The position numbers and the translations under genes are program-made. From a virus (Duplodnaviria > Heunggongvirae > Uroviricota > Caudoviricetes): 5,076 nt of DNA. The notes beneath the pieces were generated by a model that had not been told where the DNA came from, did no database searches, and was given only the letters and a program-made list of their open reading frames with translations. Positions 4,865 to 5,076 of the stretch are shown here, piece after piece (positions within the stretch are counted from its first letter, which is position 1; every line of letters begins with the position of its first letter). The stretch lies in IMG/VR virus record IMGVR_UViG_2671180524_000022; one strand, 5' to 3'.

Positions 4865-5076
4865 ATGCAGAAACGAGACCCCGTCATCATCGCGCCAGAC
4901 TATACCGATGATGAACTTTATGAGTGGATGCACCAGAAAATTAAGGCGGTGCAGGACCTGAAATGGGCCAATGAAGCCAGGGCTAAGCAGGCTGAAAATC
5001 TGTCCGCTCTGGAGCAGGATATCACCAATCTGGAAAAAGCAGCGGCATTAAGCATTGCCAGAATGATTACATACCC
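4865..5076 (+). CDS. Hypothetical protein, 5' portion only (runs off the window end)
   Basis: AAGGAG at 4854-4859, 5 nt before ATG 4865. Open to the window end: MQKRDPVIIAPDYTDDELYEWMHQKIKAVQDLKWANEARAKQAENLSALEQDITNLEKAAALSIARMITY.... Absent from the ORF track because there is no stop in the window. Coiled-coil-like composition from about residue 25. Confidence 0.6.
   Translation, partial: MQKRDPVIIAPDYTDDELYEWMHQKIKAVQDLKWANEARAKQAENLSALEQDITNLEKAAALSIARMITY

Noticed and set aside
1-5076. CRISPR array, insertion sequence or integrase
   Set aside because: There are no regularly spaced identical repeats with unique spacers, no terminal inverted repeats flanking a transposase-like ORF, and no recombinase-like product. 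The repeats present are explained as iterons and operators.

Overview
This window looks like the immunity and early-replication core of a Rac/lambdoid-type enterobacterial prophage, taken from a draft assembly (50-N gap at 2727-2776). A divergent operator/promoter region sits at 3180-3276. Leftward on the minus strand it is followed by a Cro-like YdaS-family HTH gene, a YdaT-like gene interrupted by the gap, a replication initiator with an internal iteron-like repeat cluster, a DnaC-family helicase loader, and a frameshifted tandem winged-helix gene that runs off the left edge. Rightward on the plus strand there is a cI-position HTH repressor, then a tightly coupled 63-aa antitoxin-like gene and a 92-aa ParE/RelE-fold toxin gene. 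This architecture and these lengths match, from memory only, the described three-component PaaR-PaaA-ParE family. Further right are about 430 bp with no confident gene but a second operator/promoter-like module, a minus-strand CxxC...CxxC zinc-ribbon gene, and a 5'-partial plus-strand gene running off the right edge. I saw no rRNA, tRNA, CRISPR array or transposase. All homology statements are from reading the translations and recall, not from a database search.
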